The translations under genes were made by a program, and so were the position numbers. Under the pieces are notes generated by a model, which had not been told where the DNA came from, ran no database searches, and saw nothing but the letters and a program-made list of their open reading frames with translations. A DNA stretch of 64,000 bases, taken from an uncultured Eubacteriales bacterium. Its GTDB lineage: Bacteria; Bacillota; Clostridia; Oscillospirales; CAG-272. Location: NCBI GenBank assembly GCA_934474225.1, contig CAKSLU010000001.1, positions 26,599 through 90,598 of the forward strand, written 5' to 3'. Of the stretch, positions 55,183 through 64,000 are shown piece by piece (position 1 is the first letter of the stretch; each line of letters opens with the position of its first letter).

Positions 55183-55215
55183 AAAAAAAGAAAAAACGCG
55201 ATAAAATCGCGTTTT
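55183..55215 (-). terminator. intrinsic terminator after the XRE-family gene
   Basis: Minus strand: AAAACGCGAT ttt ATCGCGTTTT followed by TTCTTTTTTTC. Confidence 0.7.
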
Positions 55216-55234
55216 CAGATTGGGCTATTTGTAT

Positions 55235-56104
55235 TTACCGTACGATGGATGCGAGAATCGCTTCCCGCCGCTCGCGGCTTTCGTAGGCACCCTTGTAGTC
55301 CTCGCAGGTCTTGCAGCAGTCTTCCACCGCAGCGGCGGCAAGCAGCGCAAGAAAGCAGGGAACCTCTTTGGATGCGGCAATCGGACGGAGCGCCAGAATG
55401 GCATCGATGAACTTGTAGTCCGCCAATTTCAACTTTGCATCGACATAGGCGGCATACGGTGCTTTCAGCAAATCGAGCGTCAGAATGGCATGCACGGCTG
55501 CAGGGGCGCCGTCGGCAAGGCGGCGCAGGGCAAAGATAAAGAGCGAGGGCTGAAAGCCGAAATCCGGCTTGTCCGGCGCGATGGAGAGAATGTCCTGCGG
55601 GCTGTCTATCCGCTCGGTAAGCCGACGCACAAAGTCGATGCGCGCAGGCGTGACTTCTGCCGGCGGAACCGGGGCAAGCGGGAGCGCCGCCTCAGCGGCG
55701 TCCAGCCATTTGCGCGCCGCCGGCAAATCGCCGCGGTCAAATGCCTGCATGCCGACGCGAAACGCGCAAAGCGTATAGACGGCGGCATTCTTTTCGTCGG
55801 GGGCGATGCCCGCCGCAGCAAACGCGGCGAGGCAGCCTGCATAATCCGCAGCGGCAAAGGCGTCGGCAATCTGCCGCTCTGCCTGCGTGCGCACGGCGGG
55901 CAGCAGGTCGTCCGCGGGGTCGAGCAGAAAACCGGGGGAGACTCCCAGCCGCTCGGCAAGCGCCAAAAGCGTCTCGAGCGAGGGCATGGCGTCGTCATGC
56001 TCGATGCGGCTGAGCATGCCGTGGGTCACAATGCCGTCGGCAAGCGTGGCTTGCGTGAAGCCGCGTAGGCGCCGCAGGCTTTTCATCTTGGAACCGAGGG
56101 ACAC
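55235..56104 (-). CDS. XRE-family HTH regulator with a helical-repeat C-terminal domain (Rgg/RNPP-like layout)
   Basis: N-terminal LRRLRGFTQATLADGIVTHGMLSRIEHDDAMPSLETLLALAERLGV. GTG 56104 lies 5 nt after AAAGGAGAA. Confidence 0.75.
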   Translation of the reverse strand: MSLGSKMKSLRRLRGFTQATLADGIVTHGMLSRIEHDDAMPSLETLLALAERLGVSPGFLLDPADDLLPAVRTQAERQIADAFAAADYAGCLAAFAAAGIAPDEKNAAVYTLCAFRVGMQAFDRGDLPAARKWLDAAEAALPLAPVPPAEVTPARIDFVRRLTERIDSPQDILSIAPDKPDFGFQPSLFIFALRRLADGAPAAVHAILTLDLLKAPYAAYVDAKLKLADYKFIDAILALRPIAASKEVPCFLALLAAAAVEDCCKTCEDYKGAYESRERREAILASIVR

Positions 56105-56131
56105 GCAGATTCTCCTTTCCCGGGAAATACT

Positions 56132-56653
56132 TTACTTTTTGAAGATGCTGTTTCCGGCAGTGTCGATGGCGACAAACAGCGGAAAATCGCGAACCGTAAA
56201 GCGTTTGACCGATTCGCACCCGAGGTCGTCATAGGCGATGACCTCGCTTTTGACAATGGCGCGGGAGGCAAGCGCACCTGCACCGCCGATGGCGCAGAGG
56301 TACAGCCCGCCGCTTTTGCGGATGGCGTCGTAGACCGCCTCGCTGCGGTCGCCTTTGCCGATGGTGGCGGCAAGCCCCATATCATAGAGCTTTGACGCAT
56401 AGACATCCATGCGTGACGAGGTCGTCGGACCGCAGGAACCGACCGCGCCGCCTTTCGCGGGCGTCGGCCCGGCGTAATAGATGAACGCGCCTTCTATCGG
56501 GTAGGGCAGCGGTTCGCCCGCCGCAATCGCCGCAAAAATGCGTTTATGCGCCGCATCGCGCGAGGTATAGACCGTGCCCGAGAGCAGAATCTCCTCACCG
56601 GCGTGCAGGGTATGCGCCCATTCCTTGAAATTCTCCGTATGACAGTTTTTCAT
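56132..56653 (-). CDS. Fe-S hydro-lyase beta subunit (class I fumarate hydratase / tartrate dehydratase beta type)
   Basis: LLSGTVYTSRDAAHKR, IYYAGPTP, GPTTSSRMD, ATIGKG, LYLCAIGGAGAL motifs. I trimmed the start to ATG 56653 (TGATATG junction with the upstream gene). Confidence 0.8.
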   Translation of the reverse strand: MKNCHTENFKEWAHTLHAGEEILLSGTVYTSRDAAHKRIFAAIAAGEPLPYPIEGAFIYYAGPTPAKGGAVGSCGPTTSSRMDVYASKLYDMGLAATIGKGDRSEAVYDAIRKSGGLYLCAIGGAGALASRAIVKSEVIAYDDLGCESVKRFTVRDFPLFVAIDTAGNSIFKK

Positions 56654-56654
56654 A

Positions 56655-57452
56655 TCAGAAGTTGAATTTGATGCGATTCTCATCGCTGAAAATCTTTGCC
56701 GCCTCGGCATGAATAGCCGCCTCGGCATCGCTCTTGCCATTTGTCAGCTTGTCGTCCAGCTCCGCCGAGGACTTGCCGATGTTCTCTGCAAGCGCGTGCA
56801 GGAGCGCGGCGGTCTGCTCGGTCTGTGCAGTCAGCGTGGAGTAGGAGTCGTTTGCAATCTTTTTGATTTGGTTTTTCACCGCATAGGCAGCAGTTGCGGC
56901 GCGCGCATTGAAACTCGCGGCAGCGCTCTCCAGCTGCTCGTCGGCGCTTTTGCGCATGGCATCCGCCTCGCGCTTGGCGTTTTCGATGATTTCCTCGGCG
57001 GTGCTCTGCGCGGAGAGGATGATCTCGCCGAGCTGGGCGCTCACGCCATCGTATTTTTCGGACTTGGCAATGGCGTCCGAGAGCGAGGCGAGCCGTTCAT
57101 CCAGGCTTTCGGCGCGTTCTTCGGCGGCACCGCGTTCCAGACGCAGACTTTCGATGGTGCGGTTCTGCTCCTCGATGCGGGCAAGCTGCTCGGCAACCAG
57201 CTTTTCGCGGGCGGCAGCGGCTTCTTCCAGCGCCGATACGCGTTCCAGCGCCTGCTTCAACTCGGACTTTGCCGTCTCAAGCTCGGCAAGTTTGGCTTCC
57301 ATCGCTTCACGCTTGCGTCCCGCCGCGCGCTCTCGCTCGGCAAATTCGCTGTTCAGCTTTTCGATATAGCTGTTGACATCCTCGCGGTTGAAACCGCCGA
57401 GCGATGTGCGGAAATAGACCATTTTTTCCTTCGGCATACTGTCTTTGGACAT
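56655..57452 (-). CDS. DivIVA-domain coiled-coil protein
   Basis: FRTSLGGFNREDVNSYIEKL, a DivIVA N-terminal motif, followed by long Ala/Glu-rich heptad sequence. GAGGTG SD. Confidence 0.7.
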   Translation of the reverse strand: MSKDSMPKEKMVYFRTSLGGFNREDVNSYIEKLNSEFAERERAAGRKREAMEAKLAELETAKSELKQALERVSALEEAAAAREKLVAEQLARIEEQNRTIESLRLERGAAEERAESLDERLASLSDAIAKSEKYDGVSAQLGEIILSAQSTAEEIIENAKREADAMRKSADEQLESAAASFNARAATAAYAVKNQIKKIANDSYSTLTAQTEQTAALLHALAENIGKSSAELDDKLTNGKSDAEAAIHAEAAKIFSDENRIKFNF

Positions 57453-57539
57453 CTTGCACCTCAAAAAAGTATAATTTGACTCACATACATAATATAGCAC
57501 AATTCGACCGCCGTGGCAATAGCTTTTTGCGGAAAGCCG

Positions 57540-58256
57540 TCACCGTTGCCGCGCACCGTAGTCCGCGATGTCGTCGATCTCGGTCTCGCTCACATCGGAG
57601 GAGAAGCGGTCAATGCGGGTGTACGCCTCCGGCACCTTGCCTACAATGACGGTTTCGGCAACGCAGACTTCCGTCGGCACGGCAAAGGTCCGCACCGCGC
57701 CCGGCAGCAGCGCCGTGACCTCGACGGTCACGCACAAAAGCACGCGATGCAGCGTCTGGTTGATGCCGCTCTCGACAAAGTCGCCGCGCACCGTGCAGGT
57801 GATTTTCTGCGAGACCGCCAACTTTACGCGCACGTCCGGCCCTTTGCCGGACAAAAGCGCGCTGCCGGAGAGACTGCCGAGCGGGATGCGCACGGTCATG
57901 CGCTCTTTCGTCAGTGCCTCGGCGGCGTCGCTTGCCACATCGCCGGACAGTTTGGCGAGGCGGGGCGAATTGGTCTCGACCGAGACGACGCTGCCGTCCT
58001 CGCCGAAATGCAGGCGCACGAAGTCGGCGTAGCCGTCGCCGCTTGTCTGCATCCGCTCCCGCACGATTCGGTTTATCGCCTCGGTGAGCTCGGTCGTGCA
58101 TCTCGCCTTTGCCAGCGGCAGCAGGACGGGCAGAATCTGCAAATTGTAGATAAGTACGCAGATAATCAGCAAAAACAGGGCGAAAACGGCGAATTTCGTC
58201 CCGCGTCGCCGCGCTTTGCGCTGTTGTTTCGGTCCGGGCAGCCCGCATAATGGCAT
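57540..58256 (-). CDS. yunB: sporulation protein YunB
   Basis: N-terminal basic segment and TM helix, then ...GSVVSVETNS...RIPLGSLSGSALLSGKGP...GINQTLHRV..., the YunB family pattern. GGGGGTGA SD. Confidence 0.75.
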   Translation of the reverse strand: MPLCGLPGPKQQRKARRRGTKFAVFALFLLIICVLIYNLQILPVLLPLAKARCTTELTEAINRIVRERMQTSGDGYADFVRLHFGEDGSVVSVETNSPRLAKLSGDVASDAAEALTKERMTVRIPLGSLSGSALLSGKGPDVRVKLAVSQKITCTVRGDFVESGINQTLHRVLLCVTVEVTALLPGAVRTFAVPTEVCVAETVIVGKVPEAYTRIDRFSSDVSETEIDDIADYGARQR

Positions 58257-58306
58257 GCAATCACCCCCATGTTCACAGGGTATGCAGTGCACGGCGCGGG
58301 CGTCCG

Positions 58307-59359
58307 TCAGCCCTCGGGGGCGTCTTTTTTCGGCTGTGGGCGCGGCGGCTTGACACCGGAGAGCGGATTCTGCTCCATGGCGCTCTCCATACCGGCGCTG
58401 CTGACATGCGTGTAGATTTGCGTGGTGTTCAGCTGCTCATGTCCGAGAATGTCCTTCAGCACGCGCACATCCACATGCCCGGTCTGATACATCAGCGTGG
58501 CGGCGGTGTGCCGCAGCTTGTGCACCGAGTAGCCCTTGTTTTCCAGCCCGGCGGCTTTCAGGTATTTGCCGATCATCCATTGCACGGTCTTGTTGCTGAT
58601 GCGCTGCCCGCGGCTGCTCAGAAAGAGGGCGGGGCAGGCGGCGGTTTTTTCATCGAGGTTTGCACCGCGCACCGCAAGATAGTCGGTGAGCGCCGCGCGG
58701 CAGGCATTGTTCAGATAAATGATGCGCTCCTTTGCGCCCTTGCCGGTGACACGCACCGAGCGCAGGTCGCCGTCCATGTCCCGCATGTCGATGCCGCACA
58801 GCTCGGAGAGACGCATCCCGCAGTTGAGAAACAGCGTGGCAATGGCGTAGTCCCGCCGCACGGATTTGGATACCGTGTCGCTTGCAATCGCGTTCAGCAA
58901 CGCAAGGCTTTCCTCGGCGGAGAGAAACTTCGGCAGGGTCTTTTCTTTTTTCGGTGTGTCGATGTCCACCGCCGGGTTTTTCTCCAACAGGTGTCGCTTG
59001 TTGACAAGATATTTATAGAAGGATTTGATGGCGGACAGCTTTCTCGCCTTCGCCGCACGACGATTTTGCAGTACAGTGTCGGTGTAGAACAAAAATTGAT
59101 AGATATCTTCCGGACGGATGGCATCCGCAAAGGCGAGATCGACGCCTGTGATGTCCGTTTCTTCCAGCTCTGCGGCGCTCGGCTCGTGCCCGAGCTGCTT
59201 TACCGCGCACATATAGCGAAAAAAAGTGCGCAAATCGAGGAGGTATTCCTCCACCGTCAACTTGGAGCGATTTTCAATGCCGCCCTTGTAATGTGCAAAG
59301 TCAAGGAGAATCGGCGGTAGTGTGGCACGGTCAATTTCGTTATGCGGTTGGACAGGCAT
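58307..59359 (-). CDS. tyrosine recombinase, XerC/XerD family
   Basis: SAM-like N-domain. Catalytic residues lie in ...GMRLSEL...VTGKGAKER..., HKLRHTAAT, LGHEQLNTTQIYTH. I trimmed the start to ATG 59359 after GGAGGTG. Confidence 0.85.
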   Translation of the reverse strand: MPVQPHNEIDRATLPPILLDFAHYKGGIENRSKLTVEEYLLDLRTFFRYMCAVKQLGHEPSAAELEETDITGVDLAFADAIRPEDIYQFLFYTDTVLQNRRAAKARKLSAIKSFYKYLVNKRHLLEKNPAVDIDTPKKEKTLPKFLSAEESLALLNAIASDTVSKSVRRDYAIATLFLNCGMRLSELCGIDMRDMDGDLRSVRVTGKGAKERIIYLNNACRAALTDYLAVRGANLDEKTAACPALFLSSRGQRISNKTVQWMIGKYLKAAGLENKGYSVHKLRHTAATLMYQTGHVDVRVLKDILGHEQLNTTQIYTHVSSAGMESAMEQNPLSGVKPPRPQPKKDAPEG

Positions 59360-59441
59360 GGCGGCACCTCCGTTTCTGCTCTCTATTATACAAAATTCTT
59401 TTGCAAAAGAAAAGAGAAATGTGAAAAAAACGCGATTTGTC

Positions 59442-59470
59442 TTGCAGGGAATCGCAAAATCAGCTATAAT
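59442..59470 (+). promoter_or_regulatory. sigma-70-type promoter for the 59510 unit
   Basis: TTGCAG (59442-59447), 17-nt spacer, TATAAT (59465-59470). Confidence 0.5.
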
Positions 59471-59509
59471 AGTTAAACATGCATGGAAGTACCACGGAGG
59501 GAAACATAG

Positions 59510-60061
59510 ATGGAAAGAATCAAAGCGCGTTCGGGCGCAATCGGGCGTCTGATGGTCACACATATCGGTATGGCGGTGTTCGGCACGGTGCTGTATCTGT
59601 GGACATGGCAGCTCGGGAGTGGGCCCGCCCTTGTCGGCGGCATTTTTGCTGCGCTGTTTTATGCCGCGATGGTCTATGTGCCGATGTGGGAACTTGGCGC
59701 CAAGGACAAACCGGCGATTGATGCGGGGAGACTGGTCGATTACCGCGGCGACGGCTTTTGGATTGCGGCGGTTGCACAGATTCCCGTGTTCTTGCTCACG
59801 CTGATTTATTTTATCTGCGGACTTGCTTCGCAGGCGGCGCTTGCGGATTCGATTCGCGCAGTCTGCTATGCGATTCTCGTCCTCGTGGACGGCTGTTTCA
59901 CCGGTATCATGATCACGCTTGCCCCCGGTGGGAAGAACTACCTTGTTGTGGCGGCTGTATTTTTTGCCGCAGTGCTCTATGTTATCGCCGTCAGCGGCGT
60001 TTCCTACTTGCTCGGGACGAAGGAATTCCGCCTGTTTCCGAAGAAAAACGACAAGGCATGA
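59510..60061 (+). CDS. hypothetical integral membrane protein
   Basis: 183 aa with about five hydrophobic helices and a GGAGGG SD. I recognise no family. Confidence 0.55.
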   Translation: MERIKARSGAIGRLMVTHIGMAVFGTVLYLWTWQLGSGPALVGGIFAALFYAAMVYVPMWELGAKDKPAIDAGRLVDYRGDGFWIAAVAQIPVFLLTLIYFICGLASQAALADSIRAVCYAILVLVDGCFTGIMITLAPGGKNYLVVAAVFFAAVLYVIAVSGVSYLLGTKEFRLFPKKNDKA

Positions 60062-60699
60062 AGTACAGGCAGATCATCTGGGATTTCAACGGCACGCTGC
60101 TCAATGATGTTGCAGAAACGCTGGAGGCAACCAATGCTTTACTGGCACGCCATCATAAGCCCGTGCTTGCCGATGCGGACGCCTATCGCCGCGTTTTCGG
60201 CTTTCCGGTCATTGATTATTACGAGAAAATCGGGCTGGAACGCGACAATTTCGAGGTCTACGCCGATGAATGGGTCGCGGAATACAACCGCCGTGCGCCG
60301 CACGTCGGGCTGTATCCCGGCTGCCGCGAGGCGCTGGCTTTCTTCAAGGCTGCCGGATGCAGACAGTATCTGCTGTCCGCCACCGAGCGGGAGATGCTTG
60401 CAGGGCAGCTTGCGCCGCTCGGTATTGCGTCATTCTTTGATGACATTATCGGACAGGACGATACGCGGGCGCACGGCAAACTTGCGACAGCCGTCGAATG
60501 GTCAAAGAAAGTCAATCTTTCCGAAGCACTTTTGATTGGAGATTCACTGCATGACGCGGAGGTTGCAGCGGCAATCGGCGCGGACTGCGTGCTGCTTGCC
60601 TGCGGTCACCAGGATCGCGAACGGCTTACGGCAACCGGCTGCCGCGTGTTTGATACGGTCTGCGACCTGCTGCGCGCCGCCGAGGAGGGGAAACTGTGA
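60058..60699 (+). CDS. HAD family hydrolase (phosphoglycolate phosphatase-like)
   Basis: IIWDFNGTLLND motif I, LLSAT motif II, IGDSLHD motif IV. ATGA overlap with the upstream stop. Confidence 0.8.
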   Translation: MKYRQIIWDFNGTLLNDVAETLEATNALLARHHKPVLADADAYRRVFGFPVIDYYEKIGLERDNFEVYADEWVAEYNRRAPHVGLYPGCREALAFFKAAGCRQYLLSATEREMLAGQLAPLGIASFFDDIIGQDDTRAHGKLATAVEWSKKVNLSEALLIGDSLHDAEVAAAIGADCVLLACGHQDRERLTATGCRVFDTVCDLLRAAEEGKL

Positions 60700-61385
60700 T
60701 GGACATCATACTCGACGCGGACGGGGAAGACCTGATTCGCGACACGCACTTTGACATCGCCGTGCCGGTGCATGTGGAGACCTTTGACGGCGAGACGAAA
60801 ATCTTTGCATATCCGTCGGTTCGGACGCTGTGCGAAAACTATGCCGCAAGGTTTGCGGACGATTTGTACAGCGAAGCCGCTACTGCCTTTTTGCAGGATG
60901 GTTGTGCTGCGTTTTGCAAGTCACTCGGCTATGCGATGGACAGGCATTCCGCCGTGGTCGGCTACAACTTTTTGTCGCAGGAGGACGCAGCTGCGGACGG
61001 CACGATCTGCAAGCGGATTCGTCGCGACGGAAAATATAAAAATTTGACCACATTTGACCTTTCGGCTTGCCTTGCCGCCGAGCGCGTGATTTTCGCCGTT
61101 GTCTCGGAGGACGCAATCGTGTCGCTTGCGGTCTCCTGCGAGGCACCGTATGGGGGAGAAGAAGGCACGCCGATCGAAATCAGCGTGGAGACGGCGCCCG
61201 ACTATCGCGGGCGCGGGTATGCCACGGCATGCGTGCGCACGCTTGCCGCTTATCTTGCGGCGCGCGGATATCGGACGCTCTATAAATGCAGAAAAGAGAA
61301 TGTTGCCTCCGCCTGCGTGGCACGCGGCGCAGGCCTCGTGAAGACGGGCGATTTTGCCTACTTTGTATACAGGAAGAACGGGTGA
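60699..61385 (+). CDS. GNAT family N-acetyltransferase
   Basis: C-terminal VETAPDYRGRGYATACVRTLAAYLAARG acetyl-CoA-binding motif. TGATG overlap with the upstream gene, GGAGGGG SD. Confidence 0.65.
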   Translation: MDIILDADGEDLIRDTHFDIAVPVHVETFDGETKIFAYPSVRTLCENYAARFADDLYSEAATAFLQDGCAAFCKSLGYAMDRHSAVVGYNFLSQEDAAADGTICKRIRRDGKYKNLTTFDLSACLAAERVIFAVVSEDAIVSLAVSCEAPYGGEEGTPIEISVETAPDYRGRGYATACVRTLAAYLAARGYRTLYKCRKENVASACVARGAGLVKTGDFAYFVYRKNG

Positions 61386-61388
61386 AGC

Positions 61389-63149
61389 ATGGCTTTTGAT
61401 GCCGGAATGATGCGCGCCGTCGTTTGGGAAATCAACCGAATGACGAAGGACGCGCGCGTGGAAAAAATACAGCAGCCGCAGAAGGACGAGATCGTCATCA
61501 CCCTCCATTCGGCGGCGCAGCGCAGTGATTTGCGCCTTGCCATCAATGCGGGCGCAAACAATCCGAAGCTCGGTTTTACCACCGCAGCCAAGGAGAATCC
61601 GGCGGCAGCGCCGATGCTGTGCATGCTGCTGCGCAAGCAGCTCGGCGGCGGCAAGCTGGTCGCCGCACGGCAGGTCGGCTTTGACCGCGTCTGCGAGTTG
61701 GAGTTTGCCAGCCGTGATGAGATGGGCTTTGCCGTCACGCGCTATCTGATTGCGGAGATCATGGGTAAGTACAGCAACCTGCTGCTTGCCGACGAAAACA
61801 AAAAGATTATCACGGCGCTGCACCTGGTTGACTTCTCCACCAGCCGCCTGCGGCAGATTTTGCCCGGCATGACCTATGAGCTGCCGCCTGCGCAGGACAA
61901 GGCAGACTTGTTTACAACCGACAGGGCGGCGCTTGCCGCCGCCCTTGCAGCGGCGGACGGCTCCATGCCGCTCCACAAGTTCATTCTGAATCGCTTCCTC
62001 GGCATCTCGCCGCTGGTCGCGCGCGAGCTTGCCTTTCGGGCAACCGGGCGCACCGATACGCCGGTGGCAACCGTGCAAACCGAAGATTTATTTTTGACCT
62101 TCACTGACTTTATTCGCATTTTTGACGAGCATGATTATGTGCCGACGCTGGTCTACGGCGAGGACGACACCCCGGTGGAGTTTTGCTTCACCGAGCTGCG
62201 CCAGTACGGTGCAGGCGTGAAGACAGAACGCTTCCCGACCTTCGGCGCACTGCTCGACGCCTACTTCGGCAAGCGCGACCTCGCCGAGAAAATCAAGCAG
62301 CGCGGGCAGGACATCATTCACCTTTTGTCGCATGCCAATGCGCGCCTCGAAAGAAAGCTGGATGTCCAGCGTGAGGAGCTTGCCGCCTGCGACGAGGGGG
62401 AGACTTACCGTCTGTACGGCGATCTCATTACGGCAAATCTCTATCAGTTGAAGCGCGGCGCTGAATCTGCGGCATTGCCGAACTATTACAGTGACGCCTG
62501 CGAGACGGTGACGGTGCCGCTGGATTCACGGCTCACACCGTCGCAGAATGCACAGCGCTATTATAAGAAGTACAACAAGAGCAAGAACGCGCGCGTCGTC
62601 CTGACCGAGCAGATTGCGCTCTCCGAGGCGGAACTGCGCTATCTTGCGACGGTTGCCGCCGCGTTGGAGCGCGCCGAGACCGAAAGCGACCTCTCGGAGA
62701 TTCGGCACGAACTGTCGGTCAGCGGCTACGCTGCGCGGATGCGCGGCTACAAGCCGGGAAAGACCGCGCCGGTGAAGCCGATGGAATTTCGCACGAGCGG
62801 CGGCTATCGTGTGCTGTGCGGCAAAAACAATATGCAGAACGAGTTTGTGACCTTCCGCGCGGCGGGGAAGCTTGACCTTTGGTTTCATGTCAAGGGCTGC
62901 CCCGGCTCGCATGTTGTGCTCATCTGCGACGGCGACGAGCCGCCGGAGCGCGACTATACCGAGGCGGCGACTATCGCGGCGACATACTCGAGGGCAGCGG
63001 ACGGCGGACTTGTTCCGGTGGATTATACACGGGTGAAAAATGTGAAAAAGCCGCCTGCATCCAAGCCCGGCTATGTGACCTATTCCACAAACTATACAGC
63101 CTATGTTGCGCGGGATGAAAAACTCTGTGCGCGTCTGCGCGTGAAATAA
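61389..63149 (+). CDS. rqcH: ribosome quality control factor RqcH (NFACT / FbpA family)
   Basis: MAFDAGMMRAVVWEI...RVEKIQQPQKDEI..., and the C-terminal GKNNMQNEFVT...DLWFHVKGCPGSHVV NFACT-R motif. Confidence 0.88.
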   Translation: MAFDAGMMRAVVWEINRMTKDARVEKIQQPQKDEIVITLHSAAQRSDLRLAINAGANNPKLGFTTAAKENPAAAPMLCMLLRKQLGGGKLVAARQVGFDRVCELEFASRDEMGFAVTRYLIAEIMGKYSNLLLADENKKIITALHLVDFSTSRLRQILPGMTYELPPAQDKADLFTTDRAALAAALAAADGSMPLHKFILNRFLGISPLVARELAFRATGRTDTPVATVQTEDLFLTFTDFIRIFDEHDYVPTLVYGEDDTPVEFCFTELRQYGAGVKTERFPTFGALLDAYFGKRDLAEKIKQRGQDIIHLLSHANARLERKLDVQREELAACDEGETYRLYGDLITANLYQLKRGAESAALPNYYSDACETVTVPLDSRLTPSQNAQRYYKKYNKSKNARVVLTEQIALSEAELRYLATVAAALERAETESDLSEIRHELSVSGYAARMRGYKPGKTAPVKPMEFRTSGGYRVLCGKNNMQNEFVTFRAAGKLDLWFHVKGCPGSHVVLICDGDEPPERDYTEAATIAATYSRAADGGLVPVDYTRVKNVKKPPASKPGYVTYSTNYTAYVARDEKLCARLRVK

Positions 63150-63204
63150 AACGGGGACACCCGAGCGGGTGCATCCGTGCCTTTTTGACAACGGGGGAGA
63201 TATT

Positions 63205-64000
63205 TTGCTTTTCGGAAAACATATCAATCGATATTACATCCGCTATGCGCCGGTGCTGCTGCTCGGCATTGCAATGCTGATTTTAGTGGATGTTGTGCAG
63301 CTTCGTGTTCCGGAGCTGTACCGCATGGTCATCAACGGGATGAACACGGGCGTTGTCACAGTCGGCGGCGCGACGCTGCCGTTTGACCTTGATTTTCTGC
63401 TCGATAAAATCTGCCTGCCGACCATTTTCATCATTTGCATCATGGTCGTCGGCCGCTTTATGTGGCGGTTCTGCTTTTTCGGCACGGCGATTCGCGTGGA
63501 GACCGATCTGCGCGACCGCATGTTTGACCGCTGCCGCGGGCTGTCGCAGGAATACTATCAGGAGAACAAGGTCGGCACGCTGATGTCGCTGTTCACCAAC
63601 GACCTTGAAACCGTGCAGGACTGCTTCGGCGACGGTGTGCTGATGCTGTTTGACGCAGCGTTTCTCGGCGGACTTGCGCTGTGGAAAATGTACTGTATGA
63701 ACGGCTTTCTGACGTTGCTTGCGCTTATTCCGATGTCGCTCCTCTTGGTGAGCGGTGCGATTCTTGAAAAATACATGATGAAGAAGTGGGAGACGCGGCA
63801 GGCTGCGTTCTCCGCGCTCTCGGACTTCTCGCAGGAGAGCTTTTCCGGCATCGCCGTCATCAAGGCGTTTGTCAATGAGGCGCGGGAGCTTTTGGCATTC
63901 CGCAAAATCAACCGGGAGAGCGAAAAAGCGAATGTCGAGTATACCAAACTGTCCACGGCGCTGAATGTGACGGTCACCTTCCTTGTGGAGTCGGTGGTCT
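63205..64000 (+). CDS. ABC transporter permease/ATPase, type 1 exporter (N-terminal TMD only; continues past window)
   Basis: The frame is open from TTG 63205 (after GGGGAGA) to the window end and is absent from the ORF track. My translation ...LRDRMFDRCRGLSQEYYQENKVGTLMSLFTNDLETVQDCFG... is typical of the ABC_membrane domain. Confidence 0.75.
   Translation, partial: MLFGKHINRYYIRYAPVLLLGIAMLILVDVVQLRVPELYRMVINGMNTGVVTVGGATLPFDLDFLLDKICLPTIFIICIMVVGRFMWRFCFFGTAIRVETDLRDRMFDRCRGLSQEYYQENKVGTLMSLFTNDLETVQDCFGDGVLMLFDAAFLGGLALWKMYCMNGFLTLLALIPMSLLLVSGAILEKYMMKKWETRQAAFSALSDFSQESFSGIAVIKAFVNEARELLAFRKINRESEKANVEYTKLSTALNVTVTFLVESVV

Noticed and set aside
58307-59359. Tyrosine recombinase as a marker of a phage, ICE or invertible switch
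   Set aside because: The neighbours are chromosomal sporulation and division genes. I saw no flanking inverted or direct repeats and no phage or conjugation genes. A housekeeping Xer-type recombinase fits best.

Overview
High-GC, densely coding chromosomal segment that looks like a spore-forming Clostridia genome (yunB, LCP, dockerin and Cu-amine-oxidase-N wall domains, Firmicutes-type SD sites). The taxon is inferred only. I call 54 protein genes (two cut by the window edges), 2 tRNAs, one T-box leader, several sigma-70-like promoters and intrinsic terminators. Most genes are housekeeping: thrC, lepB-rbgA-rnhB-yraN, rplS, glyQS, pyrG, feoAB with a DtxR-family regulator, rqcH. I found no CRISPR array, IS element or transposase, prophage, or recognisable defence system, so I cannot point to one clear-cut novel system. 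The best second-look candidates are: (1) a nitrogen-assimilation supercluster (pyrG, ANTAR pseudo-receiver regulator, glnA, then divergently type III GS, an Amt-PII fusion, an Asn T-box and asnB), where both divergent leaders carry ACAAGG hexaloop hairpins overlapping terminators; (2) a glycyl-radical enzyme with no activase in the window, apparently co-transcribed with a 1374-aa secreted wall protein and next to an AraC regulator; (3) an uncharacterised ~270-aa repeat module shared by two giant secreted proteins, one of which seems split by a frameshift; (4) a TetR / DUF308 / MMPL / 1175-aa GLUG-repeat protein cluster with overlapping MMPL and GLUG reading frames; (5) a Na+-decarboxylase cluster with two different carboxyltransferases. 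The many long antisense ORFs in the track are treated as high-GC shadow ORFs. Everything was read by eye and no searches or folding programs were run.
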